NCBI GenBank assembly: GCA_963678065.2
Contig: CAXXVZ010000004.1
Location: forward strand, 640,001 to 704,000
Length of the DNA: 64,000 nt
Origin: Treponemataceae bacterium
GTDB lineage: Bacteria; Spirochaetota; Spirochaetia; Treponematales; Rectinemataceae
Reading direction: 5' to 3'
Positions 19,529-28,844 of this stretch are shown here, piece by piece. How positions within the stretch are numbered: the stretch's first letter is position 1; each line of letters begins with the position of its first letter. The notes under the pieces were generated by a model. That model saw only the letters and a list, made by a program, of their open reading frames with translations. It made no database searches and was not told the origin of the DNA. The translations under genes were made by a program, and so were the position numbers.

Positions 19529-20833
19529 CTAGCGGTTGATGATCTCGGTCGCCTTGATCCTGAGCTGCTTCACGGCTTCCTCGGGCGTGATCACGCCGTA
19601 GAAAACCTGCTCGCGGATGATCGGAGTGTAGACGTTGCCGCGGATGTCGGCGTATCCGGTGGGATCCGGCGGCGGCGTCGGGGAAGCGTCCTTGCCGACC
19701 CTGTCGAGGTAGTCGAAGACTTCGCGCACGACCGGCGAGACCTTTGCCTTGAGGGCGTCGCGGACCTTGGAGTCGACGGGAACGCCGCGCTCGGCGTTGA
19801 GGATCATGTTGGCTTCGATCGAGTTGGTGAAGAAGCTGATGAACTTGGCGGCCTCGACCTTGTTCCTGGACTGCGAGGTGACAGAGAAGAACTGGGAGGG
19901 CTTGATGAAGTTGCTGGCTGCCCCGCCCTTTTTGTGCCTCGGAAGGTGGACGACGGCGAAGTTGCGCCCGGGACCGGCGGCAGTGGCCACCGAGACGACC
20001 TGATTGCTCCACACCGCTTCGATGGCCGATTTGCCGGTCACGATGGCGTCGAGCTGGATGTTGCCGTTGGATCCGCCGAAGCTCGCGAGGTACTCCTGGT
20101 AGCTGGGGGCGGCGCCGGCCTTGATGAGGCGCTGGAGCATCTTGAGGAAGTCGACGAGGTAGGAATCGTCGCCGTAGGTGAGTTTCTTTCCGTCAGGGGA
20201 AAACACGGTCTGGCCGAGGCCGAGGTAGTTGGCCTTCCAGGCGAGCTCGTCGACCTCGAAGCCGCCGCCAATGCCGTAGATGCCGAGCTTGGTGTGCAGC
20301 TGGAGTGCGATCTTCTCGAAATCATCCCAGGTCCAATCCTGGGCAGGGAGGGGGATTCCCGCTTTCTTGAAGGCGTCGACGTCGAGCATCAGGGAGTAGC
20401 TGTTCGATCCGAGGCTGACGGCGTAGAGTTTGCCGCCGAGGGAGCCGGAATCGAGGATGGGCTTGGATACGTCGGAGAGGTCGAGGGTCTTGTTGGCCAC
20501 GTAGGAGTCGAGGGGTTCGAGGAGGTTGCGCCTCTGCCACTCGGCGATGCGGGAATAATCCTGCTGCATGACGTCCGGGAGCTGTCCGCCGGCCGCCATG
20601 GTCGTCATCTTGGTCCAGAAATCGTCGAATCCGGCGAATTCGTAGGTTATGGAGACATTCGGATTGAGCTTCTGGTACAGCTCGATGACTTTGATGGTCG
20701 CTTCGTGGCGGACCTGGGAGCCCCACCACGCGATCTTGAGATCGACTTTCTTGGCGCTTTGCGAGCCCTGCGCGAACGCGCCGCCCGCCACGAGTATGGC
20801 GAGGCAGAGGACAGCCACGATTCTCTTGCCCAT
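19529..20833 (-). CDS. Oligogalacturonide/rhamnogalacturonan ABC binding protein (YesO/TogB-like)
   Basis: Signal peptide, LKIAWWGSQVRH, AAGGQLPDVMQ and ERGVP. Confidence 0.85.
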   Translation of the reverse strand: MGKRIVAVLCLAILVAGGAFAQGSQSAKKVDLKIAWWGSQVRHEATIKVIELYQKLNPNVSITYEFAGFDDFWTKMTTMAAGGQLPDVMQQDYSRIAEWQRRNLLEPLDSYVANKTLDLSDVSKPILDSGSLGGKLYAVSLGSNSYSLMLDVDAFKKAGIPLPAQDWTWDDFEKIALQLHTKLGIYGIGGGFEVDELAWKANYLGLGQTVFSPDGKKLTYGDDSYLVDFLKMLQRLIKAGAAPSYQEYLASFGGSNGNIQLDAIVTGKSAIEAVWSNQVVSVATAAGPGRNFAVVHLPRHKKGGAASNFIKPSQFFSVTSQSRNKVEAAKFISFFTNSIEANMILNAERGVPVDSKVRDALKAKVSPVVREVFDYLDRVGKDASPTPPPDPTGYADIRGNVYTPIIREQVFYGVITPEEAVKQLRIKATEIINR

Positions 20834-20849
20834 GAAAACCTCCGTTAAT

Positions 20850-20868
20850 AATGGAACGTTGTTTTATT
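20850..20868. promoter_or_regulatory. Putative KdgR box
   Basis: AATGGAACGTTGTTTTATT resembles the enterobacterial KdgR consensus AATGAAACAnTGTTTCATT. It overlaps a TAAAAT -10 (20871-20866). Confidence 0.65.
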
Positions 20869-20891
20869 TTAATTCGAATCCCCGGAAACGT

Positions 20892-20926
20892 AAGGTACCA
20901 TCACTTGCGAAAAGGTATCAATACTT
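20892..20926. promoter_or_regulatory. Direct repeat, putative AraC-type (YesN-like) activator site
   Basis: AAGGTACCATCACTT and AAGGTATCAATACTT, 12/15 identical with a 20-bp period, at the expected -35 position. Confidence 0.55.
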
Positions 20927-20974
20927 CAGAATCAGGCGCTTGACCGCGCGCAAAGCGGACTATAGTGTGCATCC

Positions 20975-21712
20975 ATGTACAGCGTTCTCGTCGTGGACGA
21001 TGAGGCGGAAATACGCTCCGCCATCTCCGCCTACTACCCATGGAGCGAGTTCGGCTTCGTCGTCGCCGCCCAGGCGCGCGATGCCGACGAGGCCAGTTCC
21101 GTCATGCAGGCCATGAAAATCGACCTCGTGCTCTCCGACATCAGGATGCCCGGACGCTCGGGGCTCGAACTCGCGGCCTGGATCGCGGGGCGCTTTCCGG
21201 GAACGAAGGTCGTCCTCCTCAGCGCCTACCGCGACTTCGAATACGCCCGGGAGGCCCTCGGTCTCGGCGTCCGCGCCTACATCGTCAAACCGCCCGTGAT
21301 GGAGGAATTCCGCGACCTCCTCGGAGCCCTGCGCAAGGAACTCGACGAGGCGCGCGGCAAGGCGCGGGGAGAAGAGGGAACGATCGGCACTGTCAGGAAA
21401 TTCGTCGCGGGGAACCTCGCCAACGCCACCCTCGAAAACGCGGCCCGGGCCGTTGGTCTCAACCCGAACTACCTGTGCACGCTCTTCCGCGACATGACGG
21501 GCGAGCACTTCTCCGAATTTCTCTCCCGCGCGCGCATGGAGAGGGCGGCCACCCTCCTCTGCGACAGGAAGGCGAGCGTCCTCGCAGCGAGCGAGGAAGT
21601 GGGCTATTCGAGCCCGAAAAATTTCAGCCGGGCATTCCGTCAGTACTTCGGCCAGAGTCCCCAATCCTGGCGGCGGAATCTGGAGCAAGGCGGGCAGGAA
21701 AAGCGAGGGTGA
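20975..21712 (+). CDS. Response regulator REC-AraC (YesN-like)
   Basis: VLVVDDE, SDIRMP, YIVKP, and AraC HTH NPNYLCTLF...VGYSSPKNFSRAF. Confidence 0.92.
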   Translation: MYSVLVVDDEAEIRSAISAYYPWSEFGFVVAAQARDADEASSVMQAMKIDLVLSDIRMPGRSGLELAAWIAGRFPGTKVVLLSAYRDFEYAREALGLGVRAYIVKPPVMEEFRDLLGALRKELDEARGKARGEEGTIGTVRKFVAGNLANATLENAARAVGLNPNYLCTLFRDMTGEHFSEFLSRARMERAATLLCDRKASVLAASEEVGYSSPKNFSRAFRQYFGQSPQSWRRNLEQGGQEKRG

Positions 21713-23540
21713 CGACCGTGCCGCCCCCATCTCTGTGCCCGATCGCGTAGAAAGCCGCCCCGCCATAGGTCAGGACGAGGCGTTTCACCGTGTTGGCGAG
21801 CCCCACGTGGTCGGAGGCGGGGTCCTCATCCGCAATCCGCGCCTCGACCTCGCGGATTGCCTCGTCGGAGATGCCGCAGCCGTTGTCGGCGACCTGCACG
21901 ACGGCCATTTCGACCCCTTCGCTGTTCTTCGCGCCCTCCGTCCCGCTTGGGACTGTCTGCCCTCCCCCTGTTTTTCTCTTGACTGACAGCTCGACGATCC
22001 CCTCCTGCATCCCGCCGCCGAAGCCGTGCTCCAGGGCATTCTCGACGAGAGGCTGGATCATGAGCCTGATGCAGGGCAGAGCGAGGAGGGATTCGTCGAC
22101 ATCCCAGGTATGGCTGAACCGTGCGCCGAAGCGTATTTCCTGTATGGCGCAATAGTTTTTCGTGTGGGCTATCTCCTCGCCAAGGGTGACGCCGCTCCGC
22201 GGGTCGGAGAGGGCGTAGCGCAGGATGCTGGACAGAAGTTCCACCATCCGCGTCATGTCGTTGGGTCCTCCGGTGCTGGCCATGGCCTTGAAGCCGATCG
22301 TCGTCAGGGTGTTGAAGAGAAAGTGCGGATTCATCTGCGCCTGGAGAGCCGTCAGCTCGAGGGTTTTCTGGCGGTACTCGCGTTCCCTGAGGCGGATTCT
22401 GAAATAGTCGTGCTCGACGAAGGTCTTGAGAATCGAGAAGGTCAGGAAGTTGAGAGCCTCGTTCCGGGATTCGTGGAAGGCGGGAAGCTCCTCTCCGCTG
22501 CCGGCGGCGTCCACGATGTCCATGATCCCGTCGAGGAGGCGGAAATTCCTTCTGGTCATGGCCACGGTGAGAAGGGTGCCGATGGCGAGGGCTACAAGGG
22601 CGAAAACGAGGGTGACGAGGCTGATCATCCGGGTCAGACGGTAGAAGGAGACTTCGGGGGTGAGAATGAAATAGGCGAAGGGGAAGCGCGCGGAGGCCGA
22701 AGAGGCGGCGAGGTAGGCCGAGCTTCCGATGGAAACCTTCCTGAGCGACTCGGGGTTGCCGTTCCCGAGCATGCCGAGAAGTCTTTCGGTCTCCGCGGGC
22801 GTGCAGTGCTGACCCGCGATGACGGCGCCCGAAAGCCGGTCGAGGAGGACATAGCCCGACTCGCCGCCCGCGGCCTGGGTGGAAAGCAGGTTGTCGAGAT
22901 AGCGCAGATCGATGTTGGCGGCGAGAACGCCCTTGCGCGCAAGGGTTCCCGAGCCGATCAGGTTGCGGTAGAAGGAGAGCACGGGAATCGAGAGACTGAG
23001 GGAGGGGAAGGGCCTGATATTGCGCACCGTCGTCCAGGGCTCGAGCCCTCCCGCGTGAGCCTCCACGCCCTCGAGCCAGGCTGAGTCCATCGAGGCGGCG
23101 AGCGACACGGAGCCTTCCGATGAGGAGAGAAAGAGATCGCCGCCGTTGGGCGTGACCGCCGATATGGAGTGCAGGTAGCGCCTGGAGTTGACGGCCGAGG
23201 CGATCGTGCTCTGGATGCTGCGGTACAGCTTGAGGTCGGGCAGCGTGCCGACGCCGTTTTTCAGGCTGTACTCGAGGGAGTTGGTGAACTCAGGATCGGT
23301 GGAGAGGCTGAGGGCGAGGGAGTCGGCCTCGTTGAAGATAAGCTCGAGCCCGTCCCTCACCTGCCCCAGGCTGCGCCGTCCGAGACTCTCCAGTTCCTTT
23401 TTCACGGCGCCCTGGGTAAAAAGAATGGCGACGATGCCGAGAATGATGAAAAAACTTGCCGGGATGAAGGCCATCCAGAGGTAATGGCGGTACAGCCGGG
23501 ATCTGTAGCCTCTCCCGGTTCTGAGGATTTGTCCGGTCAC
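21624..23540 (-). CDS. Sensor histidine kinase (YesM/LytS type)
   Basis: Two TMs around an extracytoplasmic domain, LQAQMNPHFLFNTL, QPLVENALEHG, DNGCG and VGLAN. Confidence 0.92.
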   Translation of the reverse strand: MTGQILRTGRGYRSRLYRHYLWMAFIPASFFIILGIVAILFTQGAVKKELESLGRRSLGQVRDGLELIFNEADSLALSLSTDPEFTNSLEYSLKNGVGTLPDLKLYRSIQSTIASAVNSRRYLHSISAVTPNGGDLFLSSSEGSVSLAASMDSAWLEGVEAHAGGLEPWTTVRNIRPFPSLSLSIPVLSFYRNLIGSGTLARKGVLAANIDLRYLDNLLSTQAAGGESGYVLLDRLSGAVIAGQHCTPAETERLLGMLGNGNPESLRKVSIGSSAYLAASSASARFPFAYFILTPEVSFYRLTRMISLVTLVFALVALAIGTLLTVAMTRRNFRLLDGIMDIVDAAGSGEELPAFHESRNEALNFLTFSILKTFVEHDYFRIRLREREYRQKTLELTALQAQMNPHFLFNTLTTIGFKAMASTGGPNDMTRMVELLSSILRYALSDPRSGVTLGEEIAHTKNYCAIQEIRFGARFSHTWDVDESLLALPCIRLMIQPLVENALEHGFGGGMQEGIVELSVKRKTGGGQTVPSGTEGAKNSEGVEMAVVQVADNGCGISDEAIREVEARIADEDPASDHVGLANTVKRLVLTYGGAAFYAIGHRDGGGTVVTLAFPARLAPDSAARIGDSGRSTDGMPG

Positions 23541-23645
23541 CGCCCGAGTATAGCATCAGTCCGGCCGCGCTCTCCACGGATTTTCCGCAAGAAGACACGA
23601 AAGGCTTCTTTCCGGAAGAAGCGCGAACAGGTATTGTATCCGCCC

Positions 23646-24692
23646 ATGAACACAGTACTGAAAGTCTCTCCCGGCGGAGGAGGGGGATTCGCCACTATCG
23701 GTGAAGCCCTCGCGCGGGCAGGGACACTGCCGGAAGGTGGATCGGTCCGCGTCTGTGTCGCGCCCGGAACCTACCGGGAAAAGCTGAGACTCATGCGGCC
23801 TGGCCTCGCGCTGGTCGGAGAGGGGAAGGGCCCCGACGAAGTCAGAATCGAGTGGGACGACCACGCCCGACGTCCGCTTCCCGACGGCGAACCCATGGGC
23901 ACCTTCAACTCCTACGTGGTCTACACGGGGGCTCCCGGAATCAGGATAGAGAACCTCACAGTCGAGAACGTGGCCGGAGACGGTCGCAGGGTGGGGCAGG
24001 CTGTTGCCCTGTACGCAGACTCCGACGCTCTCGTCCTCGAAAACTGCCGGCTCGTCGCCCGCCAGGACACTCTGTGCACGGGGCCCCTTCCCAGGGATCC
24101 CATGCCGAAGGGGGTCAACCTCGTACACCCGGTCGCCGGCCTCGGGGATGACGACCCAGCCCTGCCCTTCCGCCAGATATACCGGAACTGTCTCATCGCG
24201 GGCGACGTCGACTTTATCTTCGGCTCGGCCGCCGCCCTCTTCGAGAACTGCGAAATCCGCTCCCTGGACCGCGGCGGCGACGACACCTTCATCGCGGCTC
24301 CCTCGACATGGCCCGGACAGAGCACGGGTTTTCTCTTCCTGGGCTGCGCTCTCAGCTTCGGCCCCGGAGAGGTCGAAGCCGGGACTGAGACTGAGCCTGA
24401 GCCCGCGATCACGGCCGCCACCGCGCCTGTGCGCGGAAAAATCTATCTCGGAAGACCCTGGCGCCCCTATGCAAAGGCCTGTTTCGCGGACTGCTTCATC
24501 GGAGAACACATAGCGGCCGAAGGCTGGCATGACTGGGACAAGCCCGAGGCGAGGGTCCTCTCCTACTTCGGTGAACGCGGCTCCTACGGTCCCGGGGCCG
24601 GGAGCCGCGGCAGGGCCTCCTGGGCGCGGCAGCCCCTGGCGGACGAAATCGAAGCGATGTACAGGGAGATCACTTCGTTTTCCAGGGAGTGA
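23646..24692 (+). CDS. Pectin methylesterase (CE8), no signal peptide
   Basis: GTYREK, GQAVAL, QDTL, GDVDFIFG and YLGRPW. Confidence 0.9.
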   Translation: MNTVLKVSPGGGGGFATIGEALARAGTLPEGGSVRVCVAPGTYREKLRLMRPGLALVGEGKGPDEVRIEWDDHARRPLPDGEPMGTFNSYVVYTGAPGIRIENLTVENVAGDGRRVGQAVALYADSDALVLENCRLVARQDTLCTGPLPRDPMPKGVNLVHPVAGLGDDDPALPFRQIYRNCLIAGDVDFIFGSAAALFENCEIRSLDRGGDDTFIAAPSTWPGQSTGFLFLGCALSFGPGEVEAGTETEPEPAITAATAPVRGKIYLGRPWRPYAKACFADCFIGEHIAAEGWHDWDKPEARVLSYFGERGSYGPGAGSRGRASWARQPLADEIEAMYREITSFSRE

Positions 24693-25515
24693 AACTGAAC
24701 CCGGAGATGACGATATCGAGCGGCTTCCCGCGCGAAGGAGCCTTTCCCCCTTCGACCAGATAGAAATTGATGTGGACGTACTCGTTGCCGGGCTTGGGGA
24801 TTCTCGAGACATCCGTGAACGTCCACGAAGCCAGAATACTCCCCGGCTTGTCGAGTCCGTTTGCCGGCTTGTCACCGCTCCCTTGTAGCGGAGCAAAGCC
24901 CGCATCGAGCCTGGGCCTGGGGCCGAATCCTGTCCACGAGGCGAATTCGATCCGGTCGGGAAGCCAGGTGAAGGAATGACTTGTCGGCCCGATGGCTCCG
25001 GCCAGGGGAAAGGTCTTCATGTTGCCGGAAAGGTCGTAGGGTTGGACGACATACTGTCCCTGTTCGCGCCTCGACGCGTCGCCCCAGGCCGAAAACTCGA
25101 TATCGATCTCACGGTTGGCGTAGCGCGTGTTGTCGCTCCAGGTGAAAAGCCCGAGGACAGAGGAGGGATCGAGGTCCGAGAGCGGCGTTTCGATCTTCCA
25201 CTCGTAGCTGCCGTAGCCGAATTTCCTCTTGAGGATGACTTCCGAGGCGCGCCAGATGTCGTCCTGGGGCCTGATACGGAGGTGGAGCTTCCCCTCGCCG
25301 TCCACGAATACATTCTCAGGCCAGGGGCTGAAATAGTTATCGAGGGGCCCGACAGGTTCATTGGAGCCGCGGACCGTCCAGGATTTTCCGCCCCAATCGA
25401 TCGTGAGGCGCGGCAGCGGCACTTCCCTCTCCTCGGCGGCCGCGAAAAAAGAGGAGCAGGAGAGAATGAGCGTCAGGGCGAAAAGAGAGCGGAAGCGATG
25501 CAGGGTGGACTTCAT
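24670..25515 (-). CDS. Secreted GH16-family glycoside hydrolase
   Basis: Signal peptide, FGYGSYEW and catalytic EIDIE. Confidence 0.8.
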   Translation of the reverse strand: MKSTLHRFRSLFALTLILSCSSFFAAAEEREVPLPRLTIDWGGKSWTVRGSNEPVGPLDNYFSPWPENVFVDGEGKLHLRIRPQDDIWRASEVILKRKFGYGSYEWKIETPLSDLDPSSVLGLFTWSDNTRYANREIDIEFSAWGDASRREQGQYVVQPYDLSGNMKTFPLAGAIGPTSHSFTWLPDRIEFASWTGFGPRPRLDAGFAPLQGSGDKPANGLDKPGSILASWTFTDVSRIPKPGNEYVHINFYLVEGGKAPSRGKPLDIVISGFSFTPWKTK

Positions 25516-25604
25516 GAAGACAGATTCCTCTAAAACGAGGGCCCCGGCAAGCGCCCCGCCACACATCATTTTCGGCCCATCGATCCCCGGCCGGTCTTCC
25601 TTAT

Positions 25605-26414
25605 TTAGGGAAGAGGAGTGAACGTGAAACTGTCGATCACGACCTCCGCGGGAAGCCCGCGGGAGGGGGCCACTCCCCCGTCCATCAGGTAGAAGTTCAT
25701 ATGGACCTTTTCGTCCCCGGGGACGGGAATCGTGGCCGCGTCCGTGAAACTCCACCGCGCGATCACATCTGCACTGTCGTCCGGAGGAAGGCCACGCGCC
25801 TGTGTCCAGGAAACGAAATCGACCCTGTCCGGCTTCCAGACGAGGCGGTGGGTCGTCGTGCCGGTCGCAAGGGAGAGGGGAAAAGTCTTGATGTGCCCGG
25901 ACTTCGTGTAGGGCTGGACGACGAACTGCCCCCTGTCGGTGTAGTCGGGATCATTCCAGGCGGAAAACTCGATATCCATTTCCCTGTGGCGGTACGCAGA
26001 TGAATCTCCGTAGGTAAAAAGGCCGAGCACGACGGAAGGATCCATGTCCGCCAAGGCCGAGTCGACGCGCCACTCGTAGGTCCCGTAGCCGAAGCTTCTC
26101 GCGGAGAACAGTTCCGCCGCGTACCAGAGGCCGTCGGACTCATGTATCGCGAGGTGCAGCCGACCTTGATCGTCGATCCGCACCGAGTCCTCCGTCGTCC
26201 CGAAGTAATTGTCCAGAGGCCCGGTCGGCTCGTCCGATCCCCGGACAGTCCAGACAGCGCCCGACCAGAGGAGCCTGCCATCAGGAAGGAGTTCGGCGGA
26301 TGGTGCGCAGGATGTCATGGCCAGGGACACAAAGGCAATCGGGATGAGAAAAAGCCAGAGACGATGTACGGGAAACCGATCATGTGCCGGCCGCGGGGCG
26401 TAGGCGGAAATCAT
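25605..26414 (-). CDS. GH16-family glycoside hydrolase, probable lipoprotein
   Basis: Lipobox-like LAMTSC, FGYGTYEW and catalytic EMDIE. Paralogue of the neighbouring gene. Start uncertain because the IS is adjacent. Confidence 0.78.
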   Translation of the reverse strand: MISAYAPRPAHDRFPVHRLWLFLIPIAFVSLAMTSCAPSAELLPDGRLLWSGAVWTVRGSDEPTGPLDNYFGTTEDSVRIDDQGRLHLAIHESDGLWYAAELFSARSFGYGTYEWRVDSALADMDPSVVLGLFTYGDSSAYRHREMDIEFSAWNDPDYTDRGQFVVQPYTKSGHIKTFPLSLATGTTTHRLVWKPDRVDFVSWTQARGLPPDDSADVIARWSFTDAATIPVPGDEKVHMNFYLMDGGVAPSRGLPAEVVIDSFTFTPLP

Positions 26415-26422
26415 TATTTCAG

Positions 26423-27817
26423 GAGGCTTTTTCAAAACTTCGTAATCCGCTTTGTAAAAAAGCGAGTTATTGTAACTGAAGCTTCGTTTTTGCACAGTAA
26501 AAATTACATGTGCAGTAAAAAGGGCTCTCTTTTCAGTGCAAAAGATGGACTACCCCTACAAAATCCGGTTCTGCCGGATTGCCCGGTTACGATTTCTGCA
26601 GTTCGGGAAGGATGAAGTACTGCAAAGCCTTGACGGCCGCCAGAACCACTACCCCGCACATGAGCAGGAATGATACTTTCTCAAATCCCCGTACAAATAT
26701 CTGACCCGGTATGAGCCAATCCTTCAAATGCGAGTTTGCACGTTCAACCGTTGTCCTGATTGTGTACCGCTCCTTCTGTGACGGCGAAAATGGTTCCCGT
26801 TCCGTCCCACGACGCGTATTCCGATCAATCAGCGGAACACGCCCACGTCCCTGGATATAGGTCGCGATGGGATCCGCATCGTATGCAGCGTCCATGACTG
26901 AATACAGATGTCGGACCTTTTTCTCTGTTATCTTTTCCAGAGGAATCGCTACTTGCGAATCATGAACATTGGCGCCGGTTACGACTGCTGAAATAGGGAA
27001 TCCTGTGTCGCTGACATCAAGGTGCAACTTGTATCCTTTCCATGTTTCCCTATTCCCCTGGCTGTTCTTCTTGCATCCCCATGCACAGTCTTTGGATAGT
27101 TCTGACAAGGATTTCCTGACGCTTTGGCCGACTTGCTTTTCTATCTGTGTCGGCTCCTTCACAGGCCGAACTTCTCCTTTTCGGGGACGACCTCGTTTCC
27201 GTTGCGGTGTCACGGAAGAAACAGCTTCACGTTTGGCAGGTACAGGTTTTTCTCGTGCTCGTATCTCCGTCGCATCCCGATTTATGTGTCCGACGATATG
27301 GCCGTCATGACAATCCTTCACCATGGTATTCAAAGTCTGAATCAGCGGAGTCTTTTTTGAAAACTCCGCGTAGCGACGCGAAAAGGTCGCAGAGCTTGGA
27401 ACGGAGGTGAAGCCGCATATCCTCCGCAGATTCGGATCGTTGATCAGCCTGTTCCTAAGGTCCGTGACTGTCGCTATGTGGAATACCGTTCGGGCGAAAA
27501 ACGCCCGCATGATCGGTTCGTTCCGATGTGGAGGACGGCCAGTCCGTGCACATGGTGATGTAATCCGTGGCTGAGCATCTTCAATGACTCTGAGCAGGGC
27601 GATAAAAAAGCGATGCTCGTCGGTGAGATATTCTTCGAAACATCGCTGGATATCGTAGGAAATCGGCAAAAGTATTTGCGCTCCGCCCAGTATTTCTGGT
27701 ATGGTTTTCATCAGCGGGGGCTCCTCCTGGTGACGTTTGTGTTGCAACATCATCATACAGGTTCTGTCCCCGCTTTTCATTAAAATTCGTTCATCTCATG
27801 ACTTTTGAAAGAGCCTC
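26423..27817 (-). mobile_element. Insertion sequence, 1395 bp (IS5/IS1182-like DDE element)
   Basis: Terminal inverted repeats GAGGCTTTTTCAAAACT and GAGGCTCTTTCAAAAGT (15/17). TCAG duplicated at 26419-26422 and 27818-27821. Visibly lower GC than the flanks. Confidence 0.9.
26587..27711 (-). CDS. DDE transposase
   Basis: PSSATFSR, INRDAT, GYKLHL, ANVHDS, MDAAYD and YTIRTTVERANSHLK. ORF intact. Confidence 0.9.
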   Translation of the reverse strand: MKTIPEILGGAQILLPISYDIQRCFEEYLTDEHRFFIALLRVIEDAQPRITSPCARTGRPPHRNEPIMRAFFARTVFHIATVTDLRNRLINDPNLRRICGFTSVPSSATFSRRYAEFSKKTPLIQTLNTMVKDCHDGHIVGHINRDATEIRAREKPVPAKREAVSSVTPQRKRGRPRKGEVRPVKEPTQIEKQVGQSVRKSLSELSKDCAWGCKKNSQGNRETWKGYKLHLDVSDTGFPISAVVTGANVHDSQVAIPLEKITEKKVRHLYSVMDAAYDADPIATYIQGRGRVPLIDRNTRRGTEREPFSPSQKERYTIRTTVERANSHLKDWLIPGQIFVRGFEKVSFLLMCGVVVLAAVKALQYFILPELQKS

Positions 27818-27863
27818 TCAGGATATCGACAATCAACCCGGTCCAGCAATGACCAGCGCCGGA

Positions 27864-28844
27864 TCAGGGACGGAGGCTTAAGGTACGACTGTCGGTCGCA
27901 CGGTGGCAGGCGCAGAAGTGGCGATCCCCCAGTTCACGCATGGCCGGCTCCTCGCGCCTGCAGATGTCGAGGGCCAAGGCGCATCTCGTGTGGAACCGAC
28001 AGCCTGAAGGAGGAGAGACAGGAGAAGGCGCGTCTCCCTCGAGGAGAATTCTCTCTCCCTGCCGGTCCGGGTCAGGGACAGGGATGGCCGACAGCAGGGC
28101 CTGCGTGTAGGGGTGCAGCGGCCGGGCGAAGAGTTCACGCTTGTCGGCCAGCTCCACGATCTTGCCCAGGTACATGACGCAGATCCTGTCCGAGATGTGC
28201 TTCACGACCGAGAGGTCGTGGGCGATGAAGAAGTAGGTGAGGCCGCAGGTCCGCTGCAGATCCTTCAAGAGGTTTATGATCTGGGCCTGTATGGACACGT
28301 CGAGCGCGGAGACAGGCTCGTCGCAGATGATGAGCCTCGGCTCCACCGCCAGGGCGCGGGCGATCCCGATCCGCTGGCGCTGCCCGCCAGAGAACTCGTG
28401 TGGGTAGCGGTCGGCGTGCGTGGCGTCAAGACCGACCATCTTCAGAAGCTCCTGTACCCTCGGCTTCAGAGCCTTCCGACCCGCGAGGCGGTGCACTATG
28501 AGAGGCTCGCCGATGATCTCGCCCACCGTCATCCTCGGGTCGAGCGAGGCGAAGGGGTCCTGGAAAACAATCTGGACCTTTCGTCTGAAGGCCTTCATCT
28601 CGCTCTTCGGAATGCCGAATATCTCCCTGCCCTCGAAGCGGGCCGAGCCCGAACTCGGCTCCTCCAGCCGCATCAACACCTTGCCGGTGGTCGACTTTCC
28701 GCAGCCGGACTCACCCACCATGCCGAGCGTCTCGCCTTCGAGAATATCGAAGGAGATACCATCCACCGCCTTCACGGAGCCGGCCGGAGACGGGAAATGC
28801 TTCACCAGATCCTTGACTTCCAGTATTGCGTCCCGCTTCGCCAT
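27864..28844 (-). CDS. Peptide ABC ATPase (OppF/DppF-like)
   Basis: [17 protein letters not shown] and HPYTQALL, with a C-terminal Cys cluster. Confidence 0.92.
   Translation of the reverse strand: MAKRDAILEVKDLVKHFPSPAGSVKAVDGISFDILEGETLGMVGESGCGKSTTGKVLMRLEEPSSGSARFEGREIFGIPKSEMKAFRRKVQIVFQDPFASLDPRMTVGEIIGEPLIVHRLAGRKALKPRVQELLKMVGLDATHADRYPHEFSGGQRQRIGIARALAVEPRLIICDEPVSALDVSIQAQIINLLKDLQRTCGLTYFFIAHDLSVVKHISDRICVMYLGKIVELADKRELFARPLHPYTQALLSAIPVPDPDRQGERILLEGDAPSPVSPPSGCRFHTRCALALDICRREEPAMRELGDRHFCACHRATDSRTLSLRP

Noticed and set aside
26415..26495. Track start MQKRSF for the GH16 lipoprotein
   Set aside because: It lies inside the IS end (boundary 26423), so it is not the native N-terminus.
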